This document shows positions 61,904 through 64,000 of a stretch of DNA of 64,000 nt, in pieces. The notes beneath the pieces were generated by a model. It saw only the letters and a program-made list of their open reading frames with translations, had not been told where the DNA came from and searched no databases. Position numbers and translations under genes: made by a program. Positions within the stretch are counted from its first letter, which is position 1. The number at the start of each line of letters is the position of its first letter. The stretch is from Tubulanus polymorphus (lineage: Eukaryota > Animalia > Nemertea): the NCBI RefSeq assembly GCF_964204645.1, contig NC_134035.1, forward strand, positions 6,572,001 to 6,636,000, read 5' to 3'.

Positions 61904-63032
61904 ATTGGTGGTAAAAAAACTCCTAATACTAAAGAACAATATTTAAGAAATTTATATTACAACCCTGAGAGTTCGGTTGCTTATTCTTCTACCAAAAATA
62001 TATGGCGTCAAGTAAAACAAGATAAATTAGATAAGATAATCCCACGAAATTTAGTTAAATATAAAGATATAAATGAATTTGTGTTAGAACAACCAACATA
62101 CACAACACATAAAAAAATTGTTAGAAAATATAAAACTCGTAAAACTATGGTAAGTTATGTAGATCAACAGTGGCAAGGAGATTTAATTGATATGAAAAAT
62201 GTTAAGAAAGAAAATGATGATTATTGGTGGATCTTAAACATAATTGATATTTTTAGTCGTTATGTATGGAGCTTCCCACTTTATAGAAAAGATGCTGTAC
62301 AAACATCAAATGTTTTAAGAAAATTTCTTTCGGATGATAAACTAAAACCAGAAAAAATACAATTTGATGATGGAAAAGAGTTTGATAATTCACTTGTTCA
62401 TGAACTCTTAGACAATCATAATATTAAATATTTTTTCAACAAAATCGGATAAAAAAGCAGCAGTTGTTGAACGATTTAATAGAACATTAAGAACAAGAAT
62501 GTGGAAATATTTTACAGCAAATAATACTTTTAAATGGATTGATGTTTTACCAAAATTGATAGAAGGATATAATAATTCTTATCATTCTTCTATTGGAATG
62601 AAACCTATTGATGCTAGAAAACCTGAAAATGCTGAAATTGTTTGGAATAATTTATATGGAGCATTTCTTGTAGATGATTTTGGTGAACCTAGATTTAAAG
62701 TTGGTCAAAATGTTAGAATTTCTAAGTATAAAAAGATATTTGATAAAGGATACGATCGAAATTTTACTAGAGAATTATATAAAATAAAAAAGGTTATAAC
62801 AACAAAACCATATGTCTATAAATTAGAAGATTTAGATAGTGAAGAAGTTGATGGCTACTTTTACAAAGAAGAATTGAGTTTAACTACTGAAAATCTAGAA
62901 CAAGAATATAAAATTGAAAAAGTATTAAAAACAAAAACTGTTAAAAGAAAAAAATATTCTTTAGTAAAATGGGTTGGATGGCCAGATAAATTCAATGAAT
63001 GGATATTATCAAGTAAAATTAAAAATATATAA
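61904..63032 (+). pseudogene. rve integrase with chromodomain
   Basis: QWQGDLIDM, IIDIFSRY, QFDDGKEF, VERFNRTLR, LVKWVGWPDKFNEWI. Start apparently mutated (TAAATT); frameshift at ~62435. Confidence 0.92.
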
Positions 63033-63641
63033 ATGAATAAAGAATTATTTATATTTGAGCCTCATAATATGTTAATTTCTGGCGTAACAAATTGTGGAAA
63101 AACTTATTCTATATTAGATTTATTAGAAACTGTTTATGAAAACTATTTTGATAATATAGTATTATTTTGTCCAACATATGAATTTAATCAAACTTATGAT
63201 AGAAATATTACTAGAAATAATAAATTTATTATATTAGATCCTAAAACAGTAAAAGAAAATTTAGATAATTGTATTAAAATAGCAATAGATATTTATAAAG
63301 GATCAAATACATTATTCATTATAGATGATTGTGCTAATCTACATGATTCAAAAGTTAGAGAGAGTGAGTTATGCTATTTCGTTTTTTCTGGCAGACATTT
63401 TGGGATAACAACTTGGGTTTTAAATCAAAAATATAATTCAATTGTTAAAGACTTTAGAGAAAACATTAGATTTCTAGTTTTATTCTACAATAAAGATAGA
63501 AAATCGATGAAAAATGCACTTGAGGAAAATGATATTATTCCACATGATTTACATAATGAATATATGGATAAGTTGAAAAATATTAAAAGATCAAAATTAC
63601 TATTTAGATTACAACACCCATTTAAAAATGAATTTATTTAA
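63033..63641 (+). CDS. A32/FtsK-like packaging ATPase
   Basis: GVTNCGKT, LFIIDD, SGRHFGIT; intact. Confidence 0.92.
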   Translation: MNKELFIFEPHNMLISGVTNCGKTYSILDLLETVYENYFDNIVLFCPTYEFNQTYDRNITRNNKFIILDPKTVKENLDNCIKIAIDIYKGSNTLFIIDDCANLHDSKVRESELCYFVFSGRHFGITTWVLNQKYNSIVKDFRENIRFLVLFYNKDRKSMKNALEENDIIPHDLHNEYMDKLKNIKRSKLLFRLQHPFKNEFI

Positions 63642-63642
63642 A

Positions 63643-63915
63643 TTCAACTAGCTTGTTAATCTAGTTGAATTCTAGTTACATTCTAGTTGAATTCTAGTTA
63701 TTGGTATTTGTAACAAAAATCAACTAGATTTAACAATATTTCAACTAGCTTGTTAATCTAGTTTAATTCTAGTTACATTCTAGTTGAATTCTAGTTGTTA
63801 GTAGTTGGAACAAAAATCAACTAGATTTAACAAGATATAAACAAAAACAACAATATTTCAACTAGCTTGTTAATCTAGTTGAATTCTAGTTACATTCTAG
63901 TTGAATTCTAGTTGC
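63643..63915. repeat. Three copies of a ~55-bp CTAG-rich unit
   Basis: TCAACTAGCTTGTTAATCTAGTTGAATTCTAGTTACATTCTAGTTGAATTCTAGTT at ~63644, 63741 and 63858. Confidence 0.9.
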
Positions 63916-63945
63916 AACATCACAACTAATTTTTTTGTTATATAA

Positions 63946-64000
63946 ATGGTAGGTGAAAAGAAAATAAAATCTAAAAATGGTGATGTTCCAATTGAAAAAA
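63946..64000 (+). CDS. Start of the next Polinton 2 gene (cut by the window end)
   Basis: TTTTTTT-GTTATA-TAAATG then open frame MVGEKKIKSKNGDVPIEK. Confidence 0.5.
   Translation, partial: MVGEKKIKSKNGDVPIEK

Larger units (their letters stand above)
49720..64000 (+). mobile_element. Polinton/Maverick element 2 (partial in window, decaying), opposite orientation to element 1
   Basis: Starts AGTAATTGGAAAAGTGGGCTTTCAG (element 1: AGTAATAGGGGTAATGGGCTTTCA); encodes pPolB, penton, MCP, integrase and ATPase. Predicted TSD TTCGTA. Confidence 0.93.

Noticed and set aside
34662-63032. Programmed frameshifting or an alternative genetic code to explain broken genes
   Set aside because: Lesions fall at different positions in the two paralogous elements and include deletions and several stop types. 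This fits decay, and some homopolymer indels may be sequencing errors.
31311-64000. Contaminating free virus, phage or linear plasmid contig
   Set aside because: A perfect 6-bp TSD with in-register satellite on both sides, plus pseudogenisation, indicates chromosomal integration.

Overview
Eukaryotic (probably animal/invertebrate) heterochromatin-like DNA with no recognisable host gene. 1-28200: arrays of a 31-bp satellite, with higher-order structure in 1-13327. The arrays alternate with duplicated spacer blocks carrying non-autonomous elements: two HINE/Helentron-like elements, a 3.1-kb TIR element without a TSD, and palindromic MITEs. 28202-30600: an internally deleted Ty3/Gypsy remnant on the minus strand (3' LTR, PPT, gag, integrase tail). 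30605-64000: a 118-bp satellite array hit by two related AT-rich Polinton/Maverick elements. Element 1 (31311-48804) is complete, with AG...CT ends, a 6-bp TSD AAAGTC and ~370-bp TIRs whose outer 189 bp form a hairpin. Element 2 starts at 49720 in the opposite orientation and runs off the window. Both are decaying (frameshifts and stops). Main observations: (i) element 2's protein-primed PolB carries a LAGLIDADG intein in motif C (YFD|TD), of the type known from giant-virus PolBs, while element 1 has the empty allele; (ii) nearly every gene of both elements starts at TAAATG, often preceded by a T-run and ~6 nt, the architecture of poxvirus late promoters; (iii) element 1 also has a giant-virus-like EndoVII/HNH gene, several membrane proteins and no recognisable adenain protease. 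Together these suggest (inference) an endogenous virophage-like lineage that depends on a cytoplasmic large DNA virus. All assignments come from motif reading by eye; no searches were run.
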